Origin: an uncultured bacterium
Lineage (GTDB): Bacteria; CSSED10-310; CAZUFC01
Reading direction: 5' to 3'
DNA length: 64,000 nucleotides
Assembly (NCBI GenBank): GCA_964619725.1
Contig: CAZUFC010000008.1
Span: 1-64,000, forward strand
The notes beneath the pieces are model-generated. The model searched no databases, was not told the DNA's origin, and saw only the letters and a program-made list of their open reading frames with translations. Below are positions 21,071 through 31,013 of this stretch, piece by piece (the first letter of the stretch is position 1; the number at the start of each line of letters is the position of its first letter). The position numbers and the translations under genes are program-made.

Positions 21071-22540
21071 TTACTTTAAACGTTCCTTAATCGTTTTTTC
21101 CGCTGCTTCGGCCATTTCCGCTTCGTCGGATTTTATCCTGTAATACCTGGTCTTCAGGGCCGACATCCCCTTCGATGTTCCCAGCTTTTCCAAGTATTTT
21201 ATAGCTGCTGTTCTGACTTCCGATTCATCAGATTTAAGTTTCTTGATGACTTCCTCTTCCGCCTGCGCCGCTTCCATCTCCGTCAGAAGCTCCAGTGATT
21301 TTATCTGGATTTCCGTGCTGGGTGATTTTAGAGCATTCACCAGTTCCGGGACCGCCTCATCGCCGTATGACTTGATGAGTTCAGCCGCTTTGGCCGCCAC
21401 TTCCTCATTCTCGTCCGCCATTATATCGCGAAGATAGTAAATGGAAGAGGCTCCCCTCTGCTCGTTGATATAGTCGATCAGTCGGATTTTCAGCTCAGGG
21501 GACGGCTCTTCGTTCAGTCTTCCGATAAAGATCGAGAAGGAACTGCTTCCGCCCATGTCATAGAGCATCTCATAGGCGGCTTTGCGTATTGCTTCATTCC
21601 GGGAACCCGCCAGGGCAGTGACCCGAGGCAGCGCCTTTCTGACGCCCAGTTCGTGAAGGGCATTCAAGGCGGCGAGTTGAACCTTGTCGCTTTTGTCGTT
21701 CAATGCATCCGTTAAGGCATCGATTCCTTTGGTGGAAGACATTTCGCCCAGGACTTTAGCCGCCTGTATTTTTAATTCCTCAGATTTACCCGGAATCCTC
21801 AAGATTCCGGCCAGGATTTGCGCGCCGTCGTCTCCGAGCTCTTTTAAGGCATCGATTGCGCAACGGCGGACCTCTGAATTGTCATCAACCATAGCTTCGG
21901 CAAGATCGTGCGCTGTTGAAGGGTCCTTGCATTCGGACATGGCGATGGCTGCCGCCATCTTAACTTCATCCGTTCCGCTTCTGAGCGCAAATATCAGTTC
22001 AGGTATGGCCGATTCTTCCTGCATTTTTCCCAGGGCCAGAGCTGCCGCGGCCCTGTTGGGATGATTTTCGGTCTTGAGTATGTCCATCAGCAGATTCAAG
22101 ACTAGTTCATCGCCTTTGAATCCGGCCATGGCTAAAATAAACTGCTTCTGCACTTCCCCTTCAACGTCATCTATTCTTCTGCGAACTAATTTGGCTGCAC
22201 GGTTTCCGCCGATTTTCCCCAATGACTTCGCAGCCGCTATCTGAACATCATCATCTTTGTCCTCTATCAATTTTTTTAATATCGGAAAGGCTTCATCGCT
22301 GCTGAAATTCGCCAGCCATTCCGTAATTTCCGCTCTGTAAGGGTTCTTCCTGCGCAGAACGAATTTTTTTACGTCGGACAAGGCGTCTTCGCCATACCTG
22401 GATTTTATCTCCTCCAAAATGCCGGAAACTTCTTCCGGCGGAGCTTTTTCCAATTGGTCCAGCATGTCGCCTGCATCCGCTGAAACCGTTCCGCCTGCCG
22501 TGAATAGGGCCAACAAGAGAATGATCAGTAATTTTCGCAT
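21071..22540 (-). CDS. Secreted HEAT/PBS-lyase repeat protein
   Basis: Signal peptide MRKLLIILLLALFTAGG; many L.D....V...AA.ALG repeats. Confidence 0.85.
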   Translation of the reverse strand: MRKLLIILLLALFTAGGTVSADAGDMLDQLEKAPPEEVSGILEEIKSRYGEDALSDVKKFVLRRKNPYRAEITEWLANFSSDEAFPILKKLIEDKDDDVQIAAAKSLGKIGGNRAAKLVRRRIDDVEGEVQKQFILAMAGFKGDELVLNLLMDILKTENHPNRAAAALALGKMQEESAIPELIFALRSGTDEVKMAAAIAMSECKDPSTAHDLAEAMVDDNSEVRRCAIDALKELGDDGAQILAGILRIPGKSEELKIQAAKVLGEMSSTKGIDALTDALNDKSDKVQLAALNALHELGVRKALPRVTALAGSRNEAIRKAAYEMLYDMGGSSSFSIFIGRLNEEPSPELKIRLIDYINEQRGASSIYYLRDIMADENEEVAAKAAELIKSYGDEAVPELVNALKSPSTEIQIKSLELLTEMEAAQAEEEVIKKLKSDESEVRTAAIKYLEKLGTSKGMSALKTRYYRIKSDEAEMAEAAEKTIKERLK

Positions 22541-22587
22541 TTTTAGCCTCCGTAATAATCTTTGCTTTATTACTTTATCCGGGAAAC

Positions 22588-22621
22588 AAACCGCTGAAAG
22601 CAGAAAACCGCTGAAAGCAGA
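22588..22621. repeat. Perfect 17-bp tandem duplication (aaaccgctgaaagcaga x2) in a divergent intergenic region
   Basis: Read directly from the sequence. Confidence 0.8.
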
Positions 22622-22915
22622 AAAAAATTGCTTCCCTTCGTATAATAATCTGAATTCGATTTCTTTGCAATCCTAAACCATCCCTTCTTGATAGGCTCCT
22701 GCAAACAACTTTATCCGGTTAAAAAAACATATTCGCCGCGTGTCTGCAAAATCGTTCAACGGACAATAGGACAGGCGCTCCGGGTTCATGGACAGGCCCT
22801 TGTTTATTCTGCTGTTTTTCCATAGACTGTGGACGGCTGTTCCTGCTGACGCATTCAGGGAATTTCAGCCTTCAACGGTAATTTTCTCAACTTTTCAAAC
22901 AGCGATAAATTAAAA

Positions 22916-24148
22916 ATGATAAAGGACATCCGGGACTGGCCTGAAAAAATCGGACCCTATCAGGTCGATTACAAGATCGCTTCGGGCGGCATGGCTGAGA
23001 TATTTCTGACGCGTTTTGAGGGAATATCAGGTTTCGAGAAGCGTTTTGCGGTTAAGAGGATTCATACTTTTCTGGCCCGGAATCCTGAATTTGAAGAGAT
23101 GTTCATACGGGAAGCCAAGCTGGCGGCGCGGCTGAATCATCCCAATATCGTTCAGGTGATCGATTTCGGTTATGACGGTGAATGCTATTACATCGTTATG
23201 GAATACATCGACGGAAAGGACCTGAGAAAAATCATCAGAGAGTTGCTCAGAAGGAAACGACTCCTGTCTGTTCCCCACTGCTGTTATCTGATGCAAAAAA
23301 CTGCTGCCGCCCTGGATTATGCGCATCGCTTCAGAAACCACGAAGATAACCTTACAGGTATAGTGCACCGCGATGTCAGTCCTCAGAACATTCTTGTTTC
23401 CTATTCAGGAGAAGTTAAACTGACGGATTTCGGCGTCGCGCTTATGCGAACCGGGAAATCATCCGGCGATGAATCTCCTGATAAGCTGAAAGGTAAAATA
23501 GCTTATATGTCGCCTGAACAATCGCTGGGGAAAGAACTCAATCATCAGTCCGACATCTTTTCCCTCGGCGCGGTTTTTTTTGAAATCGTCACCGGGCAAC
23601 GCCTTTTCTATTCAAAATCCGATGCACATACCCTCGAAAATTTGCGGCATGCCGCTGTCCCCGATCCAGATACAATCGATCCCGCCGTTCCTGCTGAATT
23701 ATCCTCCCTCATCCGCCGAACATTGCAGCGAAACACGAACAACAGGCTTCAGAGCGCTCGTATTCTTCGAGATGAATTGAGCGAACTTGCAATAAAAAAT
23801 CAATGGCTGAATGTTGCCGGAGAGCTGGGAGAGCTTGTCAACGCTTTGTTTCTAAAGGATTACGGCAAGGATGCAACATCTCCTGTTCATAAAGCGTCCA
23901 GGCCGATCCCTCAGAACAGGATAAACGTCGTCGTCAGCGGAGTTCGTCCTGCCGCCTCGCTTGAAAGGCCCGTCACAAGCGTCACGATATGCCGCCCTGA
24001 ACAGACGCAAACCAATGAATCGCAGCCACAGACTTATGATGAAAAAATAGAATCAGACGGCAGCTTGCTGAAATGGAATCTCCTGATGCTCATTTCCGGT
24101 ATTATTTTACTTCTTACTGCCTTTCTTTGCTTTCACATGCTCTCATGA
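22916..24148 (+). CDS. Hanks-type Ser/Thr protein kinase with C-terminal TM helix
   Basis: GGMAEIF, AVKRI, HRDVSPQN, DFG, YMSPEQ and DIFSLG. Confidence 0.95.
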   Translation: MIKDIRDWPEKIGPYQVDYKIASGGMAEIFLTRFEGISGFEKRFAVKRIHTFLARNPEFEEMFIREAKLAARLNHPNIVQVIDFGYDGECYYIVMEYIDGKDLRKIIRELLRRKRLLSVPHCCYLMQKTAAALDYAHRFRNHEDNLTGIVHRDVSPQNILVSYSGEVKLTDFGVALMRTGKSSGDESPDKLKGKIAYMSPEQSLGKELNHQSDIFSLGAVFFEIVTGQRLFYSKSDAHTLENLRHAAVPDPDTIDPAVPAELSSLIRRTLQRNTNNRLQSARILRDELSELAIKNQWLNVAGELGELVNALFLKDYGKDATSPVHKASRPIPQNRINVVVSGVRPAASLERPVTSVTICRPEQTQTNESQPQTYDEKIESDGSLLKWNLLMLISGIILLLTAFLCFHMLS

Positions 24149-24170
24149 AAAGCAACCGAAGCTGTTTAGC

Positions 24171-25631
24171 TCAAGGCGAGCCGTAAAACGCCGGAATCAA
24201 TATCCGCCACACGGACGATACGTCCAGCAAAAACAGGATCGCCACGCATAATATCACGGTAATTCGGCCGCTGCGCCGTCGACAGAGAACCACCGCGCCG
24301 CTGCCCGCCAGAATGCTCACCGGCGTTAAAACAGGAAAGATGTATCGCCCTTGCGCCAGTATGCTGTTGCATCCGTACATCAGAAATATGGCTGCAATGA
24401 ACAGAAGAAAACTGAAGGCAAAAAGAATGAAAACAGGAATATTATTTTTAAGGACGTTGATGTCCTTCTTCAGTAAATAAACGAATGAAAGCGACGCTCC
24501 GACGATGTAAACGCAATACCAGGTTCCATACCAGTAATCTGGAGCGCTGTAATACATCCAGCCGAATTTAAGGAAAAAACTTTCGAATAACACGCGGAAA
24601 AAAAGAATATTGCTGAACGCATGTCTTGAGGGCCCGGAACTTGTCGCCGCAAAAAGGTTTTTCAACTGAAGAGAAATTTCCATTATCGCTTTCCTGAAAA
24701 CCGAAGGGAAAAACCACCCCAGGAGGGTCCATAGAATGAAACAGAGCATGAGCGTCATTCCGATGATAAGGTAAGCATATTTGCTTTGGGTGAGCGAACG
24801 GATTTTTACTGCGCCGAAGGCTGCCGCAGCCGCTAGAACGGGAAGAAAAACGAACCCGGAACGTTTGACCAGGATGATGGATAAAAAAGATAAAACGAGC
24901 AGGACTGAAAAAAGCGGTTTTTTTTCGCCTTTGATCACGCAGGTCAGGAACAGGAAGAAGCAACTGCTCAGCATGACAAGAAGGGAATCATTGCTTACTG
25001 ATGCGGAGATGAAGGAAAATTGAGGAAGGAAAAGGGGCAGAGATATAAGGGGAAGGAGGTTCGTCCTTTCATCAGGGAATATTTTCCGGAAGGTCATAAA
25101 CATGAAAACAAGGCTGATCAATCCGAAAATAAGGGATTGAGTTCTTAGCAGGTACATTTTATTGAGCATCGATAGAGAGGAAAAAAAACGCACAAGGAGT
25201 CCGCTGATCATGTAATATAGAGGCGGCTTGGTAAACTGAGTGGGGCGTTCATGAATCAATGGCGTTTGGTAGAACGTCTCAGGCAGATTATCCGGCTTTC
25301 GTCTCCCGGTCAGTTTCCAGAAATCGAAATCGTCCATGCTTTGAATGACTGCTTTTTGGAGTTCAAAGTCAGGTTTTTTCTGTGAGAAGAAGATATCGGA
25401 TTGAGCGGCGACTGAAACATATTCGAAATGCGTCGGTTCGTCCGGGGCTTGCCAGGGCGGAATAAAAACCACATATACGCATGTTTTGATCGTCCAGTAC
25501 ATGCCGAGAACGACAAGAATGCCGGCGAATGAGAAAAATGAAACCTTATGACTTCGCCGGCGGTTGTCTTTGCAATTCATATAAAATTCTTTCTCGCAAA
25601 AGTAAAAAGTTCTTATCGGACAGTTCAACAT
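24171..25631 (-). CDS. DUF2142-like polytopic membrane protein (GT-C-type glycosyltransferase-like)
   Basis: PPWQAPDEPTH, PPLYY, SVSND and QGRY motifs; many TM helices. Confidence 0.7.
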   Translation of the reverse strand: MLNCPIRTFYFCEKEFYMNCKDNRRRSHKVSFFSFAGILVVLGMYWTIKTCVYVVFIPPWQAPDEPTHFEYVSVAAQSDIFFSQKKPDFELQKAVIQSMDDFDFWKLTGRRKPDNLPETFYQTPLIHERPTQFTKPPLYYMISGLLVRFFSSLSMLNKMYLLRTQSLIFGLISLVFMFMTFRKIFPDERTNLLPLISLPLFLPQFSFISASVSNDSLLVMLSSCFFLFLTCVIKGEKKPLFSVLLVLSFLSIILVKRSGFVFLPVLAAAAAFGAVKIRSLTQSKYAYLIIGMTLMLCFILWTLLGWFFPSVFRKAIMEISLQLKNLFAATSSGPSRHAFSNILFFRVLFESFFLKFGWMYYSAPDYWYGTWYCVYIVGASLSFVYLLKKDINVLKNNIPVFILFAFSFLLFIAAIFLMYGCNSILAQGRYIFPVLTPVSILAGSGAVVLCRRRSGRITVILCVAILFLLDVSSVWRILIPAFYGSP

Positions 25632-26499
25632 TTTTATCGGCTTTATAATCTTCTAAAGAATAAGGCGTAAGGTTTTTACTGAGTCTGTCGGATTGCTCGG
25701 AATAAAAATCCAGGTCAGGATGATCCGGTTTGATTCGCCTGGTTCTCTGTATCAATTCCCGGACTTTTTGAGCATCCGGCCGAACGTAAAGGTAGAACCG
25801 GGCGAGCCTAAGCAATGCCGCTGCGGTCTGGAATTCCGCTTCGGCTGCTTTTTGATAGTAACGGTAAGCTTCGTCTATTTCGCCGGCATCCAGAAAGGCA
25901 TCGCCCATATTGATATAAATGTAGGGATTGTCGGGTTCCTTCTCTAAAGCCGTATGGTATAATTCCAGGGCCCTTTCGACATCTCCCCTCACGAAATGAA
26001 AATTGGCCGTCGCAACATATGGATCGTATTTTTCTGAAAAACGCTCTATCGCCTCATTAAATTCATTTTCTGCTTCCTCATCTTTTTGTAGCTTTTGAAG
26101 AGCGATACCGGTTAATATTTTGTAGAATAAATTCAAATCGCCATGTTTTTCGATTTCTCTGAATAAACAGAGGCTTTTTTCATAGTTTCCCAGAAGAAAC
26201 TGTTTCAACGCCCGGCTTCCCCTGATTGAAGACAATGCATTCGTCAAAACCTTCTTCCGGTCGACATCCGTGAAAACAAGCAGCTCCTCGTAATTTTTCA
26301 CTGCAGCGTCCGTTTGTCCTGTTGCTTCCTGAAAGGTTGCCGCTGTGAATTTAATCGAAAAAATTATTTTTTTCATGAAATTTGAGAACGCATCATTCCG
26401 ATTAGTCCAAAAGGAAGGATCAGCGAATGCTGCGAAAACTGATAAAGCGATGATCGTCAATGGGATCAGAAGGCTTTTCCGGGAACGCAGGAAACTCAT
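25546..26499 (-). CDS. TPR-repeat protein with N-terminal signal/anchor
   Basis: TPR consensus (ALELYHTALEKEPDNPYIYINMG, AYRYYQKA). Confidence 0.8.
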   Translation of the reverse strand: MSFLRSRKSLLIPLTIIALSVFAAFADPSFWTNRNDAFSNFMKKIIFSIKFTAATFQEATGQTDAAVKNYEELLVFTDVDRKKVLTNALSSIRGSRALKQFLLGNYEKSLCLFREIEKHGDLNLFYKILTGIALQKLQKDEEAENEFNEAIERFSEKYDPYVATANFHFVRGDVERALELYHTALEKEPDNPYIYINMGDAFLDAGEIDEAYRYYQKAAEAEFQTAAALLRLARFYLYVRPDAQKVRELIQRTRRIKPDHPDLDFYSEQSDRLSKNLTPYSLEDYKADKNVELSDKNFLLLRERILYELQRQPPAKS

Positions 26500-27257
26500 T
26501 TTTTCAATCCCCGGTCGTCGTGGTGATTCCGCTCATACCCCCAATGAACTAATGCTAACGACAGAATTACGCTCATGATGAAAAAAACGGAAAGCGTGCA
26601 GTAAAACAAAAGGGGGATGGAGAAAGGAAACGGCTTGTTATGGATTATGCGGCTGATTAACTTTTTGACGTATTCCGCGGAGGAAACCCTGACGAAGGCA
26701 TTGAAAACCAGGTCTTTGTCCGTCGCTTTTCCGTTCAGGACGGCGAAGCCTTTTTCAAGCGCGTCGTTACCGGAATGATAAACCGTGACGGCATTACCGG
26801 GAGTTGCATTTTGGGAAGCCAGACGGAATAAAAACCAGTTTGCTGCGGAGTCATGAACGGGCTGAAAACGAAAACGGAAATACTCATTATCTTTGATATG
26901 TGAAGCATTCAATGCGACTTCTCTTATATTGCGCTTGTCTTCCATTTCGCTCTCCGCCGGCTGGTTATCGGATATCGGCTGCCGGGGATCGCTGATCTGA
27001 TAAAGGGTGAATTCCAGAGAACAATCGTTCCTGCGTCTGTAAGTTGCAAGTAATATCTCAACTGCAGAGAGATTTTTCCGGGGACAAAAAAAAGTCTGAC
27101 CGACAGACCGGTCCGGCAATATTTCCCCCGCGGGTCCGTAATGAACGTTCTGAGATACTGTTTTCAATTCACGGGAGAAAAAATAGCGTCCAAAAGAGAG
27201 AAGGAACAGGATGCAGAGAGCCAAGAAACCGATAAATGTTTTATGAAACCGACGCAT
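26496..27257 (-). CDS. Hypothetical membrane protein with a periplasmic beta-sandwich-like domain
   Basis: N- and C-terminal TM helices; GEI....VGQTF motif; overlaps the next gene, as in an operon. Confidence 0.55.
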   Translation of the reverse strand: MRRFHKTFIGFLALCILFLLSFGRYFFSRELKTVSQNVHYGPAGEILPDRSVGQTFFCPRKNLSAVEILLATYRRRNDCSLEFTLYQISDPRQPISDNQPAESEMEDKRNIREVALNASHIKDNEYFRFRFQPVHDSAANWFLFRLASQNATPGNAVTVYHSGNDALEKGFAVLNGKATDKDLVFNAFVRVSSAEYVKKLISRIIHNKPFPFSIPLLFYCTLSVFFIMSVILSLALVHWGYERNHHDDRGLKK

Positions 27258-27429
27258 TGATGCTTATTTCTTTCCGCCTTTGAAAACGTTGAGGATTAGG
27301 CAGAGCATTCAGAGATATTGGAAAACCTGCCGTCGGAGATTTTACATCAGGAGAACGAAAAAAAAAACATCTGTTGATATTACAGCGGAAATGGAGTAAT
27401 ATCGTGTTCGCCAAATTTGAGTTGTATCT

Positions 27430-28215
27430 ATGGAATTACGTTGGTTTTCAAGCATATCGAACAAGAAAAAGCAATTTTCAAGAGTTTTACAACTTCTGCG
27501 GAAATCTCGCCAGGGAAAAATCAAGCGGGAGGAAGTTTTATCTCAAGTGGAGAATTTTATAAACTCGCCTTTCTGGGAAGTGCGGAATGAAGCGATAAAA
27601 CTGACGGGATTGTGCGGTTTGAAGAATTATAAGGACCTCCTTGTCGGGATATTATTGAAGGAAGAGGAAAAACCGTTTTTAAAACGCAATTCAATAACGG
27701 CTCTTGTCAGATTGAAAGAAAAATCGCCCAAAATCATTGATGCACTTCTGGCATCTCTCGCCGATCCATATTGGGAAATTCGCTCTCATGCCGCTGAAGC
27801 GCTGGGAGTATTGGGGGATGCCGATGAAAGGATCGAGAAGGCGTTCAGCACGGCTTTATTCGGTTCGTCCGGCAATCCTTCGGCGGAGAACGCTTCTTTT
27901 AAACCGAAGGAAAAGAACTTTGAAGTAAGATTGAAAATTGCGGAAGCGCTGGGGCGAATCGGTTGTACGCCCAATGCCTTTCAGTTATTGACCTTTTTAA
28001 TCAAGGATTCGAATTGGCAGGTCAGAAAAGCGTCGCTGGAGGGATTATTTCAGATGCACAGGCGGGGAATTATACCGCCGGAAAAAATCATTTCTCTTTT
28101 GAATACGGTCGATCTGTCGTGCGAGGGTATCCAGCCGTTGTTTCCGTTGAAGGAGAGTTACGGAAAGGTGATAGAGGAGCTCCGTCAGTCGGCTTCATCG
28201 ATTAAGGAGAAATAA
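27430..28215 (+). CDS. HEAT-repeat protein
   Basis: Repeats FWEVRNEA, DPYWEIRSHAAEALG, FEVRLKIAEALG and DSNWQVRKA. Confidence 0.8.
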   Translation: MELRWFSSISNKKKQFSRVLQLLRKSRQGKIKREEVLSQVENFINSPFWEVRNEAIKLTGLCGLKNYKDLLVGILLKEEEKPFLKRNSITALVRLKEKSPKIIDALLASLADPYWEIRSHAAEALGVLGDADERIEKAFSTALFGSSGNPSAENASFKPKEKNFEVRLKIAEALGRIGCTPNAFQLLTFLIKDSNWQVRKASLEGLFQMHRRGIIPPEKIISLLNTVDLSCEGIQPLFPLKESYGKVIEELRQSASSIKEK

Positions 28216-28218
28216 GAG

Positions 28219-29325
28219 ATGTTTTATTTTCTTTTTGAATATTTTTACGATCCCGACAACGTATTTTCCATTTTTCGCCTGTTTAAATATTTGAGTTTTC
28301 GGACCATTTTTTCCGCTATAACAGCTTTTCTGACGGCTCTTCTCATGGGACCCGCCATAATCAGATTGTTGAAACGACAGGATATAAGGGACACGTCTTA
28401 CACGCAGTTCGGCTTGCCCGGCGTCGCTCATAAAAGCGGAACTCCGACCATGGGCGGATTGTTGATCATTGTCTCGCTTCTCATCCCGGCATTTTTGTGG
28501 TGTAACCTGTCGAACCGTTTTATTCAGATGGCTTTCGCCACAAGCATATGGTTCGGTTTATTGGGAGGATTGGACGATTATCTTAAGTTAACCAAAGGGA
28601 AAAAAGGGTTGGCGGAAAAATACAAATACCTGGGTCAGATCGCTTTCGGCATTCTGTTTGGAACGGTTCTTTTTTCATCGCATCTGACTCCTTATGAAAA
28701 CGGTCTCGGGTCGCTGATGTTCGTTCCCTTCCTGAAGTCGCCGTTGCTTGACCTCGGGTTCTTCTACTTTATTTTCGTCATCATCGTCATAGTTTCATCG
28801 ACCAACGCGGTCAACCTTACGGACGGTCTCGACGGTCTGGCCATCGTGCCGGTTATCCTGGTGTCGGTCATACTGGGGGTTTTCGCGTACATAATCGGTA
28901 ATGTGAAATTCACGGAATACCTGCATTATCAGTACATCATGGGCGCCGGCGAATTGACCGTTTTCTGTTCCGCACTGGCCGGCGCCGGCATCGGTTTCCT
29001 CTGGTTCAATTCCTATCCCGCTCAATTATTTATGGGAGACATCGGCTCCCTGGCGCTCGGCGGTATCCTCGGCTCCATCGCGGTCATGATAAAACAGGAA
29101 TTCGTCCTGATGATCGCCGGCGGAATTTTCGTCATCGAAGCTTTTTCCGTTTTATTGCAGAAATACGTATTCGTAAAATTCCTGGGAAAAAGACTGTTTT
29201 TCAGGGCCCCTCTGCACGATTCCTTAAAATATAAAGGATGGGCCGAACCAAAAGTAGTGGTAAGATACTGGATACTGGCCGTCATCTTTGCGCTCATCAG
29301 TCTCAGCACTCTTAAACTGCGCTGA
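28219..29325 (+). CDS. mraY: Phospho-N-acetylmuramoyl-pentapeptide transferase (variant HHH motif)
   Basis: KSGTPTMGG, GGLDDYLK, NAVNLTDGLDGL, FMGDIGSLALGG and APLHDSL..GW.EPKVV. Confidence 0.92.
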   Translation: MFYFLFEYFYDPDNVFSIFRLFKYLSFRTIFSAITAFLTALLMGPAIIRLLKRQDIRDTSYTQFGLPGVAHKSGTPTMGGLLIIVSLLIPAFLWCNLSNRFIQMAFATSIWFGLLGGLDDYLKLTKGKKGLAEKYKYLGQIAFGILFGTVLFSSHLTPYENGLGSLMFVPFLKSPLLDLGFFYFIFVIIVIVSSTNAVNLTDGLDGLAIVPVILVSVILGVFAYIIGNVKFTEYLHYQYIMGAGELTVFCSALAGAGIGFLWFNSYPAQLFMGDIGSLALGGILGSIAVMIKQEFVLMIAGGIFVIEAFSVLLQKYVFVKFLGKRLFFRAPLHDSLKYKGWAEPKVVVRYWILAVIFALISLSTLKLR

Positions 29326-29565
29326 GAAACCCGCATGCGTTACCGCCCGCTGATTTGTTTCTGTCCGGTAACCGCAGCGCCTGCCCGGCGTTGAAATTAG
29401 AATCGAGAATCGGGTTTACGGCCGGACGATAATTTACATTTCAATTTCAAAAAGTTAATATCATTAGTTCCTATTCCGGCGGGAAGAACGGATCACTCCG
29501 CCGGATAGCAGGAGAAAGGTTTATTAACGATGTGTTGATCCGAAGCAGATGAGGAGTTTGAATTT

Positions 29566-30717
29566 ATGTCATTTGACAGAGATACTCGCGTCATAAACAT
29601 TTTAAAGCGAATAGCCGGTCCGACAGCGCCATTTCATGAAGGAATCGTAGCGGAGAGAATAACGGAAACGCTGAAATCGATAAGCGCCTTTGATTCCGTG
29701 AATTTTTACGACGACGAGTACGGCAATATGATTTATGAGTATAACGGAAATACGGAAGATAAATTGCCGGCGATAGCTTTTATGGCTCATATGGATCATC
29801 CCGGAATGGAGATTACTCATGTGGGAGAGGGCAAGGCTGAAGCGAGAATTATAGGAGGCTTACCCCTGAAGAAGCTTCCCGGAATGCCCGTTCAGGTTGA
29901 ATCTCATGCCGGGGAATGGATACCGGGCGTCGTGGATTCCGTTCTTATTGGAAAAGGACGGGACAACAGGAAAGCGTTTATAACGCTGCAAAATGATAAG
30001 CAGAAACCGGCGCTGCACGGTATGGCGGTTCCCGATTTTCCTGATTTCGCACTCAAGGAAGAAACGATAGAAGGAAGAGCCATGGATGATCTGGCGGGAT
30101 GTGCGATTCAGGCGGCAGTGTTCGAGAAAATCGTGGAAGAACACTTGAACATAAACGCCTATGCCGTCTTTCATCGCGCCGAAGAAACAGGTTTCCTCGG
30201 CGCTTGCGCCCTGGCTGAAACAGGCATCATCCGTAAAGATGCCCTTATCGTCTCCATCGAAGCCAGCAAACAGATGAAAGGCGTCAAAATGAACCAGGGA
30301 ATAGTGATCAGAGAAGGCGATAAAATCTGCTGGTTCGACAGAAATGTTGAGGCTTATCTGACCAAGGGCAAGGAAATCGCTGAAAGCGCCGGCTTCAAAA
30401 TACAAAAGGCGCGCATGACCGGCGGCACATGTGAATCGACGATATATCACGCACACGGATACGAAACGACAGCCGTAGCCCTGCCGCTGCTGAATTATCA
30501 CAACGAAGGTCCTGTTGCACCCGCTCCTGAAATAATCGGTATCTATGACATCAATTCCGGCGTGGAATTATTGATCAATACGGCACGTTTCATATCCGAA
30601 AAAAACAGATACACCAAACTCAAATTGAAAGAAGACAAGATGAAAAGGTTCAATCTCTTCGCCGATAAATTGAAAAAAACTGCCCCCCTGATCGGAATGA
30701 CCGTCAAGCAGAATTAA
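29566..30717 (+). CDS. M20/M28/M42-clan metallopeptidase
   Basis: AHMDHPG, RAMDDLAG, RAEETG and NYHN metal-ligand motifs. Confidence 0.8.
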   Translation: MSFDRDTRVINILKRIAGPTAPFHEGIVAERITETLKSISAFDSVNFYDDEYGNMIYEYNGNTEDKLPAIAFMAHMDHPGMEITHVGEGKAEARIIGGLPLKKLPGMPVQVESHAGEWIPGVVDSVLIGKGRDNRKAFITLQNDKQKPALHGMAVPDFPDFALKEETIEGRAMDDLAGCAIQAAVFEKIVEEHLNINAYAVFHRAEETGFLGACALAETGIIRKDALIVSIEASKQMKGVKMNQGIVIREGDKICWFDRNVEAYLTKGKEIAESAGFKIQKARMTGGTCESTIYHAHGYETTAVALPLLNYHNEGPVAPAPEIIGIYDINSGVELLINTARFISEKNRYTKLKLKEDKMKRFNLFADKLKKTAPLIGMTVKQN

Positions 30718-30748
30718 AAATTCACATCTCCGAAATTTTGTTGCAATG

Positions 30749-30910
30749 CGACAGAATCGTCTGTCATTTTGTTTCGATTTCGATCACGATTGCGATACCG
30801 ATGCCTATACCGATTACGATACCGACCCCGACTCCTATCCCGGAACCGATTGCGATGTCGACACAAATTGTCAAAAGTTTTGAAAGAATTCCCGGCTTGA
30901 TCAGTCCCCA
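30749..30910 (+). repeat. Partial copy of the composite dispersed repeat with a (cgatNc)n hexamer tract
   Basis: Shares cattttgtttcgat, the hexamer array and caaaagttttgaaagaa...gatcagtccc with copies at 40.5, 42.5, 44.8, 49.6 and 52.2 kb. Confidence 0.8.
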
Positions 30911-31013
30911 AAAATGCTAATTACTTTGACGATATCGTGTCGAGCGCTATGCGATTCTTGCTTAGGGGGCGTCTCTCAGGTAGAATTAAGGGGGGTGTGA
31001 TTCGGAAAGGATT

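Noticed and set aside
30714-30920. Small ORFs with IPIPTP or RDRNR repeats (also 40466, 42558, 44593, 44834, 49441, 49790)
   Set aside because: Translations of non-coding hexamer or palindromic repeats.
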